A DNA stretch of 64,000 nt, taken from NCBI GenBank assembly GCA_028687715.1, contig JAQTZP010000003.1:7521-71520 (forward strand). The letters run 5' to 3'. The DNA is from Minisyncoccota bacterium. GTDB lineage: Bacteria; Patescibacteriota; Minisyncoccia; Minisyncoccales; GWA2-38-27. Below, piece by piece: positions 10,636 to 20,938 of the stretch. Both the position numbers and the translations under genes were made by a program. The notes under the pieces were generated by a model. It ran no database searches. It saw only the letters and a program-made list of their open reading frames with translations, and had not been told where the DNA came from. The first letter of the stretch is position 1. Each line of letters begins with the position of its first letter.

Positions 10636-10896
10636 CTATAAATATCTTGAAGAAACAGGCTCTTCAAAATCCCTAAAATGGGACAGAAAATAACTATTAT
10701 CTTTTACAACTCTTTCTACTCCTTTCATTTCTCTAAAACCTTTTAAGGCAACAGAAGTTATTATCGGCCCGAAAAGAGCAACCAGCACTTGGCTATTTCT
10801 TTTATTTACCTCGACGACAAAACCTTTCTTTAAGGCATAGTTTAATAAATCATCAATATCTTTTTGATTGGCGCTCTTTTTCATCCAGACAATCAT
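10636..10896 (-). CDS. hypothetical small protein
   Basis: 86-aa ORF bracketed by terminator hairpins at 10928-10949 and 10606-10625. No family recognised. Confidence 0.35.
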   Translation of the reverse strand: MIVWMKKSANQKDIDDLLNYALKKGFVVEVNKRNSQVLVALFGPIITSVALKGFREMKGVERVVKDNSYFLSHFRDFEEPVSSRYL

Positions 10897-11049
10897 TCTT
10901 TGCCTCCAGCTAGAAAAAGAACAAAAAAGCCTCTTTTAAAAGAGAGGCTGATTGAAATTGTTTTTATCTTTGATTAACAACTTAAATCAGCCCCTTTTTA
11001 AAGAAGATAAATAAGAAGATAGATAGATTATTATAAAGTTTAATCATAA

Positions 11050-12381
11050 CTACTCTGTTCTTTCTCCTAAAACAACCTCTATATTCATTTCATCGGCTTC
11101 CCTTAAAACCTTTAAAGATATTTTATCATTAGGATTGTATCTCATTAATATTTTAGCTAAGCTGTTTTCCTGGGTGATTCTTTCCCCATTTACTTCCAGA
11201 ATTACATCATTTTCCTTCAGTCCTGCTTTATAGGCTGCTGAATCAGGCCAAACAGCTTTCTCGCCGTTATCCCCTTTTACTATCAAAGCGCCGTAATCTA
11301 CGGATAGATTGTTATCTTTTTTTATCTTTTCATTAACCAAAACGTATCTGACTCCTAAAAAAGGATAAACAATTTTCCCTAATGATTTTATCTGCTCGAT
11401 ATCTCTTTTAGCCCTGTTTATAGGGATAGAAAATCCAATGCTTTGAGCTTCAAGCACAGTAGCGGTGTTAATACCGATAACTTCTCCTTTTAGGTTTACC
11501 AAAGGCCCGCCTGAATTTCCTTTATTGATTGCCGCATCTGTTTGAATAACGTCCTCTAGCGTTTCAATTATTCCTCCGCCTGAAGCTGTAATAGTCCTGC
11601 CTAAACCCGAAACCACTCCCTTTGAAACAGTATTTCTGAATTCCCCCAAAGCGTTTCCTATGGTAATCACAGTCTGGCCTATCTCTAAACTATCAGAATC
11701 TCCCAATCTTGCTGTTGGAAAAGACTTTACAGCTGCATTTCCGCTCTCATCCATTTGCTTTTCAGGCTCAATCTTTATTACCGCTAAATCCTGAACCGGA
11801 TCTCTGGCTAAAACTTTTGCCGGATATTTTGAACCGTCATTTGTAAAAACAATGTATTCGGCTTCTTCATCTGAAACCACGTGCTTGTTAGTCAAAATTA
11901 TGCCATCTTCTGAAATAATTACCCCGCTCGCTCCTCCAATTTCCTTTTTTTCCGTTCCTATCTGGCGGTATTGAGGAATCTGATACTCAAAAGGGCTGGG
12001 ACCAAAGAACTGCTCGTATTCTTTAAAAGGGTTGTAAAAGTATTCTTCTACAATAGGGACGTCTTTGGAAACAATAATGCTTACAACTGCCGGTGAAACT
12101 TCTTTAACCGCCCTTACAGCAGCTTCTTCCTCTGAAATGCAGACTTCTGATTCTAAACTGGTTCTCTGGACTCCTCCGATAAGCGGCAGATTAATATTTT
12201 TAAGATAATTCCCTATTGGGTAATAAATGTATGTTATAAAAAGGACTCCGACCAAAAACCAGAATAAGGCAAAGACAACAAAGGTAAAAACTGACAGCTT
12301 AAAATTCTTCTTTTCTTCAAGAGATTTAATAAGTTTTTTAATAGAAGGCATTTTTAGGTTCGGGAGGTTATATAGATTCAT
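11050..12381 (-). CDS. htrA: HtrA/DegP-family serine protease with PDZ domain
   Basis: 443 aa with an N-terminal TM helix. Triad contexts are TNKHVV, DLAVIKI and GNSGGPLVN. A C-terminal PDZ-like region is present. Confidence 0.85.
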   Translation of the reverse strand: MNLYNLPNLKMPSIKKLIKSLEEKKNFKLSVFTFVVFALFWFLVGVLFITYIYYPIGNYLKNINLPLIGGVQRTSLESEVCISEEEAAVRAVKEVSPAVVSIIVSKDVPIVEEYFYNPFKEYEQFFGPSPFEYQIPQYRQIGTEKKEIGGASGVIISEDGIILTNKHVVSDEEAEYIVFTNDGSKYPAKVLARDPVQDLAVIKIEPEKQMDESGNAAVKSFPTARLGDSDSLEIGQTVITIGNALGEFRNTVSKGVVSGLGRTITASGGGIIETLEDVIQTDAAINKGNSGGPLVNLKGEVIGINTATVLEAQSIGFSIPINRAKRDIEQIKSLGKIVYPFLGVRYVLVNEKIKKDNNLSVDYGALIVKGDNGEKAVWPDSAAYKAGLKENDVILEVNGERITQENSLAKILMRYNPNDKISLKVLREADEMNIEVVLGERTE

Positions 12382-12389
12382 AAATAAAA

Positions 12390-13112
12390 TTAATATTTCT
12401 TAATTTTCTGATAATAGTGGCCGAATCTGTATCTGAATATATCAGATTTTACAGGACCGATTAAAACCATATAAAGCTCGCATAAAACGTATTTTGTATA
12501 AGTTTTAAACCAGCCGTCTCTTTTAAAGCGTCTTTTGGATATATAAATAACAGAGGATTTTATAAACCCATATTTTGCCATTTTCTTTGCCCTTCTTGCC
12601 AAATCATGGTCTTCAGCCAGTTTAATGTCTTCATCAAATCCATTGATTTTATCAAAAAGCCCTTTATCAATTAAGATTCCTGCTGAAGCGTGGGCGAGAA
12701 ATCTCTCCATAAAAATAACTGGGAAGTTGTAGAAGATGTTAAAAAACAGAGCTGTTATTCTGCCTTTATCCGGAAGCAGAGGGAAGCCGGCTATTTTCAA
12801 CTCTCTGGCATTAAATTCATCAATAGCTTTTTTGAAGAAATTATCAGGTAAGATAGTATCAGCATCCAAAAACAATAATAAGCTTCCCTGGGCCGCTTTA
12901 GCCCCGTTATTTTTTCCTTGAGCCGGAAGACCGCCTTGGATAATTTTAACATTATTCTGGGCAGCTATTTCTCTAGTTCTATCTTTTGAGCCGGCATCAG
13001 CAACAATTATTTCATAATCAATATCTATGCCTGAAATCTCCCTTTTTATAGATTCAAGCAAAAAAGGCAGGAATTTCTCTTCGTTAAATGTTGGAATAAT
13101 TATTGAAAGCAT
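12390..13112 (-). CDS. family 2 glycosyltransferase
   Basis: 240 aa. LSIIIPTFNEE and FLDADT (DxD) are GT2 hallmarks. Confidence 0.8.
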   Translation of the reverse strand: MLSIIIPTFNEEKFLPFLLESIKREISGIDIDYEIIVADAGSKDRTREIAAQNNVKIIQGGLPAQGKNNGAKAAQGSLLLFLDADTILPDNFFKKAIDEFNARELKIAGFPLLPDKGRITALFFNIFYNFPVIFMERFLAHASAGILIDKGLFDKINGFDEDIKLAEDHDLARRAKKMAKYGFIKSSVIYISKRRFKRDGWFKTYTKYVLCELYMVLIGPVKSDIFRYRFGHYYQKIKKY

Positions 13113-13121
13113 AAGTAGAAT

Positions 13122-14132
13122 TTAATTAAATAATAATTTAGCTTCTTCCCAGATTTCAGGCTTGTTGTTTTTTTCCTTCATAAAATACCACCATTCTGCG
13201 CCCCAGAGATAAAATTCTTTTAAACCGGTATTTTTAGCAAATTCAATATTCTTTTTAAACTGAGTTAAATTCATTGATTTTTCCTGCTCATCCAATGAAG
13301 AATAGTATATGAGGTTGGGAACCCAGGGCTCTGCTTGAAGTTCAACGCAGATTACTTCTTTGTTGAAAACCTTTTTAATCAATTGGGCTTTGCGCCAATA
13401 GAAAACAGAAGGATAAGGAAATGACAGATAAGAGCTTAACTCCGGAGACCAGACAATCTTATACATTGTAATTCCGACAATATCTCCCAGCATCGCTGGT
13501 TCAATCCATAAAGAAAGCTCTCCTGTATCTGAAATTATAACTGGTCTTTCTTTATCGTCAAGCGATTTCACTAAACTAATTTCTTCTTTCAATAAGTTTT
13601 TATCATTTTTAGGGCACTGGCCGAAAGGGAAAAAGGGCTCATTTTCAACCTGCCATCCAACAATTGAATCCCTGTCTTTATATCTTAAAACAATCTCTTT
13701 TATTAAATTAAGCACCCTCTCTTTTCTCTGATTTTCATCAAACCCTTGAACCCAAACAGGAATATGGCATTCAGGCCAGCGCGGCGTCTTCATCCCTATC
13801 GCCAAGATAAGCTCTATGTCTTTATCATCGGCAATTTGAACCTGCTGGTCTAAATCTTTAAAATTATATTCGTTCTCTTTAATTTCAACTAAATCCCAAT
13901 TAACAGCTATCCTTATTTTCTTTGCCCCTAAATCATCTATTAAAGAAAAATAGACGTCCTGCCAGCTAAATCCCAATTTCTCTGAATGGTCTTGAGAAAA
14001 GTTTATTCCCCATGATATATTTTCTGCTGGTTCGCTTTTCCCTGTAAAAAAATAACCGAAAAAAGCAATGAGCAAGACAAAAACAAGAAGAAGTGTTATT
14101 TTTAAGAAATTAATGATTCTCATTTGACCCAA
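13122..14132 (-). CDS. membrane-anchored glycoside hydrolase (clan GH-A / cellulase-like)
   Basis: 336 aa with an N-terminal TM helix. WQVENEPF resembles the acid/base NEP motif of clan GH-A enzymes. Confidence 0.5.
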   Translation of the reverse strand: MGQMRIINFLKITLLLVFVLLIAFFGYFFTGKSEPAENISWGINFSQDHSEKLGFSWQDVYFSLIDDLGAKKIRIAVNWDLVEIKENEYNFKDLDQQVQIADDKDIELILAIGMKTPRWPECHIPVWVQGFDENQRKERVLNLIKEIVLRYKDRDSIVGWQVENEPFFPFGQCPKNDKNLLKEEISLVKSLDDKERPVIISDTGELSLWIEPAMLGDIVGITMYKIVWSPELSSYLSFPYPSVFYWRKAQLIKKVFNKEVICVELQAEPWVPNLIYYSSLDEQEKSMNLTQFKKNIEFAKNTGLKEFYLWGAEWWYFMKEKNNKPEIWEEAKLLFN

Positions 14133-15450
14133 AGCAGACCTTAGATATATTATAGACTCCTAATTTCTCTGTTTCAATAAACCCCTGCATTGCCGCTTCA
14201 GCAAACCTGCCGCTGTTTATATAATCAAAAAGCCATTCTCTTGCGTATTTAGGGTCTTCTTCAATTATTCCGGCTCCGGTTCTAAGCAGCCATTTTCTAT
14301 TTAAATCTTCTTGAGAGCCTATTGAAGGAGCGATGATAATCGGAAGACCAAGGCCGCAATAAAAAGACAACTCGCTCGGTTTAGTCCATAAAATGTCAGT
14401 TTCTTTCAGTCTTTGGTTGAATTCATAGAAATAATCATATATTTCTTTTTCAAAAATTATCTCAATATTATCATTTACATTCTTGCCCAGCCCAAAATCT
14501 GTTATTATCTTTAAAAAATATCTTTTAACTTCTTCTCTAATTCCCGCTGATAAGATTATCTTAATCTTTTTATTCTTTATCTCTTCTTTTAAGTTTTTAA
14601 TATATTGAGCCACCAATTCTTTCTGAGAGCCAGCCCCTCCGATAGAAAAAAGAATAGTCAGCGGATGGTCTGTCAAATCAGGCAAGTCGCCGATATATTC
14701 ATTGATTAAAAACTTGTAATTATGGCGGTAGCGGGCTTCTGGGTCTAAGTTTAAAATCCTGTAAGAGATGTCATTTTTCAAAAGTTCCATATTTTCTGTT
14801 CCAATATTTTCTGTTGGGAGGGGAAATCCGGTTAAAAAGATATTTTCATCTTTAACTCCGTAAAGCTTTAGTCTGTTTACAACCCAGGAATTGGGAGCCA
14901 GATATTTAATCCTGCTTTTAGAAGACAAAATAGGAGCCCAGCTTCTTGAAATATCAGCATCGCAGATTACGCAGAATATCTCTCCGGGGTAATTGAATGA
15001 TTCAGCCATAAATGCCGGAGTAAAGAATGTTGTAATAAAGGGAATTTCCCCCCTATCAAATCTACTGCTTATTAATGAATTTCTGTCTTTTAATTTAGAA
15101 ATCAAATCTCTGCCCCATCCTTTTTTAATCATCTTAGATATTCTTTTTAAAAATAATGATGGTTTTGAAAGATCTCTTTTGGGGTAAAAGCTTGGAATCT
15201 CCTGAAATCGGTCAAACAAAGAAAAAGCAAGGTCTCCGGCCAGAGGAATCTTTTTAAATCTTGATATGAATTCGTAAAACTCCCGGGTGGAATGCCATAT
15301 TCTTTTATCTTCTTTAGGCATCCCTTCGTAGTTATTGGCCCTGATAACCCTGCCGCTGAAAGCAAAATCACGAAGAGTATAAGCTGTTCTCTGATGGCCG
15401 TATCCCATATCTATGCTTACAACCCAGGCTTTTCTATTAATGCTGTTCAT
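14110..15450 (-). CDS. putative GT-B type glycosyltransferase
   Basis: 446 aa. The N-terminal SIDMGYGHQRTAY resembles the G-x-GH motif of MGDG-synthase/MurG-like enzymes. This is a weak, by-eye call. Confidence 0.4.
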   Translation of the reverse strand: MNSINRKAWVVSIDMGYGHQRTAYTLRDFAFSGRVIRANNYEGMPKEDKRIWHSTREFYEFISRFKKIPLAGDLAFSLFDRFQEIPSFYPKRDLSKPSLFLKRISKMIKKGWGRDLISKLKDRNSLISSRFDRGEIPFITTFFTPAFMAESFNYPGEIFCVICDADISRSWAPILSSKSRIKYLAPNSWVVNRLKLYGVKDENIFLTGFPLPTENIGTENMELLKNDISYRILNLDPEARYRHNYKFLINEYIGDLPDLTDHPLTILFSIGGAGSQKELVAQYIKNLKEEIKNKKIKIILSAGIREEVKRYFLKIITDFGLGKNVNDNIEIIFEKEIYDYFYEFNQRLKETDILWTKPSELSFYCGLGLPIIIAPSIGSQEDLNRKWLLRTGAGIIEEDPKYAREWLFDYINSGRFAEAAMQGFIETEKLGVYNISKVCFGSNENH

Positions 15451-15457
15451 ATCTAAA

Positions 15458-16957
15458 TTATACCATAAAATTCAACTTTTCTCTCCTTTTTATCAGCCAA
15501 ACAATAAAGCCTAAAATCAAATAGAAAACAAAAAGCCAAACCCAGCTTACATAACCAATATTTATCTGGAACCAGCTTTTAGAGAAAAAATCAATTACTA
15601 AAACCATATAACCAAGAAAAAACCAAGAGAAAAAAGATGAAATCCAGCCTAAGAAGCCCCAGATAATCCCTAAGAAACCGCTGATAAATCCAAATATCAT
15701 AATCCAGTATAAGATAGGGAGTATCAGGATATTGCTAATAAGGGAAACAAGTGATATCGTTCCAAAGTTATAGATTAAAATAGGCAGAGTAAAGACTTGA
15801 GCTGAAAAAGTTATTGAAAGGTTGCTCCTTAGATTTATAACTTTCTGAAGGGGTATGAATCTAAGCCGCTTCTCTAAAACATCGCCAAAAAGAATTATTC
15901 CTAAAACTGCTAAAAAAGAAAGCTGAAATCCCACATCGTATCTTAAAAGCAAAGGATTTAAAAAGAGCATCAAAGAACCAACAAAAACAACTGTTATAAA
16001 GCTGGTTGATTTTCTGCCGAATTTCTGGGCTAAGAGAAAAAGAGAACCCATTATTCCGGCTCTTATTGCTGAAACCTGAACCCCGGTCATTAATACAAAA
16101 ATAAAGATAAAAAAGATTGAAAGATAAAAAGCCTGATGGCGCCAAAAGCCAAGCCCTAAAAACAAACTCATCAGAATGCCTGTTAAAATAACTACGTGCA
16201 TTCCTGAAATTGCAGTAATATGCCTTAATCCCGAGGCATTGAGTTTATCCTTTAATTCTTTTGAAAGTCTGCTTTTATCCCCTAAAATCATAGCGCCTAA
16301 GATTGAACTGTAAGGAGGAGATAAGTTTCTATAGACGCTTTCTGATAGCTTTTCTTTAAAAGACAATATGCCTTTTAGAATCTTGAAATTAAAGCTATTG
16401 TCTGCCTTATTGCCTAAAACCCTGATTTCGGAAAAAGATGCAAGACCGTAGACTCTGTCTTTTAAAAGATAATCCTTGTAATTGAATTCTTCAAGCTCTT
16501 GGGGTTCGTAAATTATGCCTCTTACTTCCAGGATATCTCCGTAGCTATATTCGGGATAGCGGCTTGAAATTAATAGAATTCTTCCATCAACAGGAGCCTT
16601 TTGATTTTCATTTATAACATTAAGCTCCCCTAAGGTTAAATTTAAAACATTTTCTTTGACAACAGGCTCTTTAACAACTACTGCTGAAATTGTCTGTTTT
16701 GTCCCAAAGTAATCAATGATTTCATTGTTTCTTGCTTTAAAATATACAGTTTGATGCCTCAAGAGCCCGATGCTGAAAAGAATGAAAAGCAAGCCGCAGA
16801 GAGCAGTTTTTTGATGCCTATAGAAAACGACAAAAACTGAAATGCCTAAAATTAAAAGAACAAGCGTTAATTTATCAGAGATTTCAAAAAAAGAACTTAA
16901 AAAGACCCCAATGATAAAAGAAAGGCACAAATAGAAAAATATCCTTGATTTTCCCAT
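15458..16957 (-). CDS. comEC: ComEC/Rec2 DNA internalisation channel (no metallo-beta-lactamase domain)
   Basis: 499-aa polytopic membrane protein with the core motif GLRHITAISGMHV. Confidence 0.8.
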   Translation of the reverse strand: MGKSRIFFYLCLSFIIGVFLSSFFEISDKLTLVLLILGISVFVVFYRHQKTALCGLLFILFSIGLLRHQTVYFKARNNEIIDYFGTKQTISAVVVKEPVVKENVLNLTLGELNVINENQKAPVDGRILLISSRYPEYSYGDILEVRGIIYEPQELEEFNYKDYLLKDRVYGLASFSEIRVLGNKADNSFNFKILKGILSFKEKLSESVYRNLSPPYSSILGAMILGDKSRLSKELKDKLNASGLRHITAISGMHVVILTGILMSLFLGLGFWRHQAFYLSIFFIFIFVLMTGVQVSAIRAGIMGSLFLLAQKFGRKSTSFITVVFVGSLMLFLNPLLLRYDVGFQLSFLAVLGIILFGDVLEKRLRFIPLQKVINLRSNLSITFSAQVFTLPILIYNFGTISLVSLISNILILPILYWIMIFGFISGFLGIIWGFLGWISSFFSWFFLGYMVLVIDFFSKSWFQINIGYVSWVWLFVFYLILGFIVWLIKRREKLNFMV

Positions 16958-16975
16958 CTAATTTAAAGCTTGAAC

Positions 16976-17671
16976 TTATCTTATTAGACAAACATCAAAG
17001 AAAGGAGAAACAGCTTCTTTTATCTGATAAAGATACTTTTCAGGATAAGGTTTTAATTTCTCAAACCTTGGATTTATTGTTTTTTGAGGCCTGAAGTTCT
17101 GGAGATAATACCTCTTTGCGCCGGAAAGCCACTGGCCTATCTCTATTATGTCCTCTTTTTCCAAAAGGCCGGGAACCAATGTGGTCCTAAATTCATAATC
17201 AACTCTATTTGTTTTAATTAAAGAAGCGCTCTTTTTAATGTTTTCTATATCAAAATTCAAACCTATAAGCTCTTTGTATTTTCTAATCGGACCCTTGATA
17301 TCCATTGCTATATAATCAATAAGCTTATTGTCTATTAATTTTTTAAGCATATTGGGATTAGAACCGTTAGTATCAATCTTTACCTCGTAGCCAAATTCTT
17401 TAATCTTTAAAATAAATTCAGGCAGGTCCTTATTTAAACAGGGCTCTCCCCCGCAGACAACGATTCCCTCTAGAAGATTCTTTCTTGTTGATAGAAAATT
17501 ATAGAATTCTTTATCAGAGATTTTAGGCTGTTTTTCTATTCTCTCAGGCAAGACCAGTTCGGAAGAATAACACCAGGGACATCTAAAATTACAGCCTGCT
17601 AAAAAAACAGTGGCTGCTAATTTATGCGGATAATCTATTAAAGTAAGCCTTTGAAGTCCTCCGATAATCAT
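16976..17671 (-). CDS. nrdG: anaerobic ribonucleoside-triphosphate reductase activating protein (radical SAM)
   Basis: 231 aa with the CNFRCPWC cluster motif, located directly downstream of nrdD. Confidence 0.85.
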   Translation of the reverse strand: MIIGGLQRLTLIDYPHKLAATVFLAGCNFRCPWCYSSELVLPERIEKQPKISDKEFYNFLSTRKNLLEGIVVCGGEPCLNKDLPEFILKIKEFGYEVKIDTNGSNPNMLKKLIDNKLIDYIAMDIKGPIRKYKELIGLNFDIENIKKSASLIKTNRVDYEFRTTLVPGLLEKEDIIEIGQWLSGAKRYYLQNFRPQKTINPRFEKLKPYPEKYLYQIKEAVSPFFDVCLIR

Positions 17672-17742
17672 AATATTATTTTCTTATTGTATCAAAAAAA
17701 CCTCTCAATAGTAAGAGGTTTTAATTATTATTGATTATAGTT

Positions 17743-19845
17743 TTACTTTAAGACGAATTCTTTTCTCTCCTTATACTCCTGAACCTTTCCCTTATTCCAT
17801 TGCTGAACCGGCCTCAAATAACCAACTATTCTAGAATAAACTTCGCAAGGCTGTTTAATGGTGCATTTAGGACAGGTGAAATGCTCTCCTGTTAAATATC
17901 CGTGAGTAGGGCAAATTGAAAAGGTAGGCGTTAGAGTGATATAAGGGAGATGGAAGTTTTCAAAAACCTTTTTAACTAATTTCTTTACTGTTTCAACATT
18001 AGAAACAGCTTCACCTAAAAAAAGATGCTCTACGGTGCCGCCTGTATAAAGACATTGTAATTCATCCTGAAGTTTTAACGCTTCAAACGCATCGTCTGTA
18101 TGACTAACCGGCAGTTGAGTAGAGTTTGTATAATAAGGTTCTTCTTTCGAACCGGCGCTAATAATATCTGGATATTTTTCTTTGTCTTTTAGAGCTAATC
18201 TATAAGAAGTTGATTCTGCGGGCGTTGCTTCTAAATTGTAAATATTTCCTGTTTCTTTTTGATAATTTACCATTTTTTCTCTCATAAAATTCATTATTTC
18301 TAAAGCGAAAATCATTCCTCTTTTTGAAGCGATGTCTTCTTCTAAGAAATTTAGAAGAGCTTCGTTCATTCCAACCACGCCAATAGTAGAAAAATGATTA
18401 GCGAAATATCTTCCTCTTGATTTTTTAACATCTGATAAATAAAAGCGTGAGTAAGGATAAAGGCCTTTTTCAATAAAGTTCTCTATTGTTTTTCTTTTTA
18501 TCTCCAAGCTTTCTTTTGCTAAATCCATTAAATGTCCCAATCTTTCAAGAAATTCTTTTTTGGTTTTCGATAAGTATCCTATCCTAGGAAGATTAATTGT
18601 AACTACGCCGATTGAGCCTGTTAGGCTTCCGCTTCCGAAAAGCCCGCCGCCGCCGCGATTATAGAGTTCTGTCAAGTCTAATCTCAAACGACAACACATG
18701 CTTTTAACATCTTCCGGCTTCATTTCAGAATTTATATAGTTTGCGAAGTAATTAGTTCCGTATTTGCCTGAAGCTTCAAATATTATATCAAAAGAATGAT
18801 CATCCCAGGGAAAATCTTTAGTGATATTAATCGTAGGAATAGGAAAATGAAATGGCCTTCCGCTTTTATCTCCTTCAAGCAGTGATTCGTATAAGGCCTT
18901 ATTAAATATTCTCATTTCTTCTTGAAAATCACCGTAAGTTTCTTTTTGATTTTGTCCTCCGGATATTACTGGCTGTTTTTCAAAAACAGGAGAGGGTTTA
19001 AGATCTAATGTAATATTGGAAAAAGGACACTGGAAGCCAACCCTAGTGGGTATCGCCATATTAAACAGAAATTCCTGAAGGGATTGCTTTACTTGCTGAT
19101 AATTTAAATTATCATACCTTATAAAAGGAGCAAGCAGAGTATCAAAATTTGAAAAGGCAACCGCGCCAGCTGTTTCTCCTTGAAGAGTGTATAAAAAATT
19201 TACTACCTGACCCAGGGCTGCTCTTAGATGTTTTACTGGCTTTGCCTCCACCTTGCCATTAACTCCTCCAAAACCTTTCAATAAAAGGCCATAAAGGTCC
19301 CATCCGCAACAATAAGGACCCAAAGTATCCAAATTATGAATGTGGAAATCTCCTGATTCTGATGCTTCTCTGACTTCTTTAGGATAAATTTTATTAAGCC
19401 AATACCTTTTTATAATATAAGAAACCCCGTAGTGATTCATTCCTTGCAAAGAAAAGGCCATATTGGCATTTTCCTGAACCTCCCAATCTAATTTTTCCAA
19501 ATAATGATCTATTCTGTCTACTGCCTCTTCGCTGACTAAAGCCGCCTCCCTGATTCTCCTTCTTTGTTCTCTGTATAAGATATAGGCTCTAGCTGTTTCA
19601 ACCAATCCTTCTAAAATCAAAACTTCCTCCACAATATCCTGGATCTGCTCTACTTGAGGGATTTCATCATTTTTAAATCTTCTGTTTAAAATCTGAATAA
19701 CTTTTTCAGAAATTTTTTTAGACAATACGCCGTCGCCCTGATTAGCAGCGGTAATCGCCTTAAAAACGGCGTCGGTAATCTTTATCTGGTCAAAATTAAC
19801 TATTGAACCATCTCTTTTTTGAACTTTTGTTATTTTATTATCCAT
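17743..19845 (-). CDS. nrdD: anaerobic ribonucleoside-triphosphate reductase
   Basis: 700 aa. N-terminal ATP-cone, C-terminal Zn site (CPTHG...CPKC) and glycyl-radical region SRIVGYLRP. Confidence 0.95.
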   Translation of the reverse strand: MDNKITKVQKRDGSIVNFDQIKITDAVFKAITAANQGDGVLSKKISEKVIQILNRRFKNDEIPQVEQIQDIVEEVLILEGLVETARAYILYREQRRRIREAALVSEEAVDRIDHYLEKLDWEVQENANMAFSLQGMNHYGVSYIIKRYWLNKIYPKEVREASESGDFHIHNLDTLGPYCCGWDLYGLLLKGFGGVNGKVEAKPVKHLRAALGQVVNFLYTLQGETAGAVAFSNFDTLLAPFIRYDNLNYQQVKQSLQEFLFNMAIPTRVGFQCPFSNITLDLKPSPVFEKQPVISGGQNQKETYGDFQEEMRIFNKALYESLLEGDKSGRPFHFPIPTINITKDFPWDDHSFDIIFEASGKYGTNYFANYINSEMKPEDVKSMCCRLRLDLTELYNRGGGGLFGSGSLTGSIGVVTINLPRIGYLSKTKKEFLERLGHLMDLAKESLEIKRKTIENFIEKGLYPYSRFYLSDVKKSRGRYFANHFSTIGVVGMNEALLNFLEEDIASKRGMIFALEIMNFMREKMVNYQKETGNIYNLEATPAESTSYRLALKDKEKYPDIISAGSKEEPYYTNSTQLPVSHTDDAFEALKLQDELQCLYTGGTVEHLFLGEAVSNVETVKKLVKKVFENFHLPYITLTPTFSICPTHGYLTGEHFTCPKCTIKQPCEVYSRIVGYLRPVQQWNKGKVQEYKERKEFVLK

Positions 19846-19901
19846 TTTTGGCGATAAAAAAATAGGCTTTTGGGGACTAATTACTCTATTTTAACCCATA
19901 G

Positions 19902-19935
19902 AAAAAGGGGGTCAAGGTGTGGAAAACCCCCTTTT
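19902..19935 (-). terminator. rho-independent terminator after ftsZ
   Basis: GGGGG/CCCCC stem extended by A/T pairs, followed by TTTTT on the minus strand. Confidence 0.6.
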
Positions 19936-19959
19936 AAAATTAAGTTTGAAATAATAAAA

Positions 19960-20892
19960 TCAGAGGCTGAATCCAGTAGCAACAACTGTAACTTTTATTT
20001 CTCCTTTTTTCAATTTCTCGTCTTGGATTGCGCCAAATACTGACTTTGCTTCAGGAGAAACCTGCTGGGTAATGATTTTTGCTGCTTCGTCTATTTCTGA
20101 AAGACTAATATCCTTCCCTCCTGATATATTGAACAGGACTCTTTTAGCTCCTTTAGAGGATATATCTAAAAGCGGAGAGCTGAGCGCTTTCTGCGCAGCT
20201 TCTTTCGCCCTTTCGGGTCCGTTTGAAATTCCAATACCGAAAAGAGCGAATCCAGAGTTTTTCATAATTGCTTTCACATCGGCAAAATCAATATTTATTA
20301 TTCCGGGAAGAACAATCAAATCAGATATGCCCTGAACTGCCTGCCTTAAAATCTCATCGCAGAACCAAAAAGCGCTTACCACCGTTGTTTTCGGTTCTAA
20401 GATAGAAAACAATTTATCATTGGAAATAGCGATTAAGGTGTCTACTTTATCCTTTAATTTTCTTAGGCTGTTAAGAGCAATTTCAGCCCTCTGATCGCCT
20501 TCAAAGGAAAAAGGCTTAGTAACTACCGCTATTGTCAAGGCTCCATTCTTTTTAGCTATCTCTGCGACAACTGATGAAGCTCCGCTTCCGCATCCCCCTC
20601 CCAAGCCGCAGGTGACAAAAACTATATCAGCTCCTGCCAAAGCTTCTTCTAAATCTTCTCTCTGCTCTTCAGCCGCTTTCTGTCCTATCTCCGGATTCAT
20701 TCCCGTGCCAAGACCCTTAGTTATCTTTTTGCCTATCCTGACTTTTCTATGAGCTCTGGCTTTTTGAAGATCCTGGGCGTCAGCATTAACAGCTATCATT
20801 TCAACTCCTTTAATTTTGCACTTCATCATTCTGGAAATAGCATTGCAGCCTGAACCGCCCACTCCAACCACTTTTATTTTATTAGAATTCAT
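19960..20892 (-). CDS. ftsZ: cell division protein FtsZ (core only, no C-terminal linker or tail)
   Basis: 310 aa with the tubulin signature GLGGGCGSGAS. The ORF stops at ...VTVVATGFSL*, right at the end of the globular core. Confidence 0.95.
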   Translation of the reverse strand: MNSNKIKVVGVGGSGCNAISRMMKCKIKGVEMIAVNADAQDLQKARAHRKVRIGKKITKGLGTGMNPEIGQKAAEEQREDLEEALAGADIVFVTCGLGGGCGSGASSVVAEIAKKNGALTIAVVTKPFSFEGDQRAEIALNSLRKLKDKVDTLIAISNDKLFSILEPKTTVVSAFWFCDEILRQAVQGISDLIVLPGIINIDFADVKAIMKNSGFALFGIGISNGPERAKEAAQKALSSPLLDISSKGAKRVLFNISGGKDISLSEIDEAAKIITQQVSPEAKSVFGAIQDEKLKKGEIKVTVVATGFSL

Positions 20893-20914
20893 AATAAATT
20901 ATTTGGGGAAAAAT

Positions 20915-20933
20915 AAGGGAGAAAACCTCCCTT
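20915..20933 (-). terminator. hairpin and T-run between ftsA and ftsZ
   Basis: AAGGGAG GTTTT CTCCCTT followed by ATTTTT on the minus strand. Confidence 0.45.
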
Positions 20934-20938
20934 AATAC

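Noticed and set aside
19846-19959. Possible riboswitch or NrdR box upstream of nrdD.
   Set aside because: The region is only 114 nt, most of it is the ftsZ terminator, and I saw no NrdR-box-like palindrome or B12 element.
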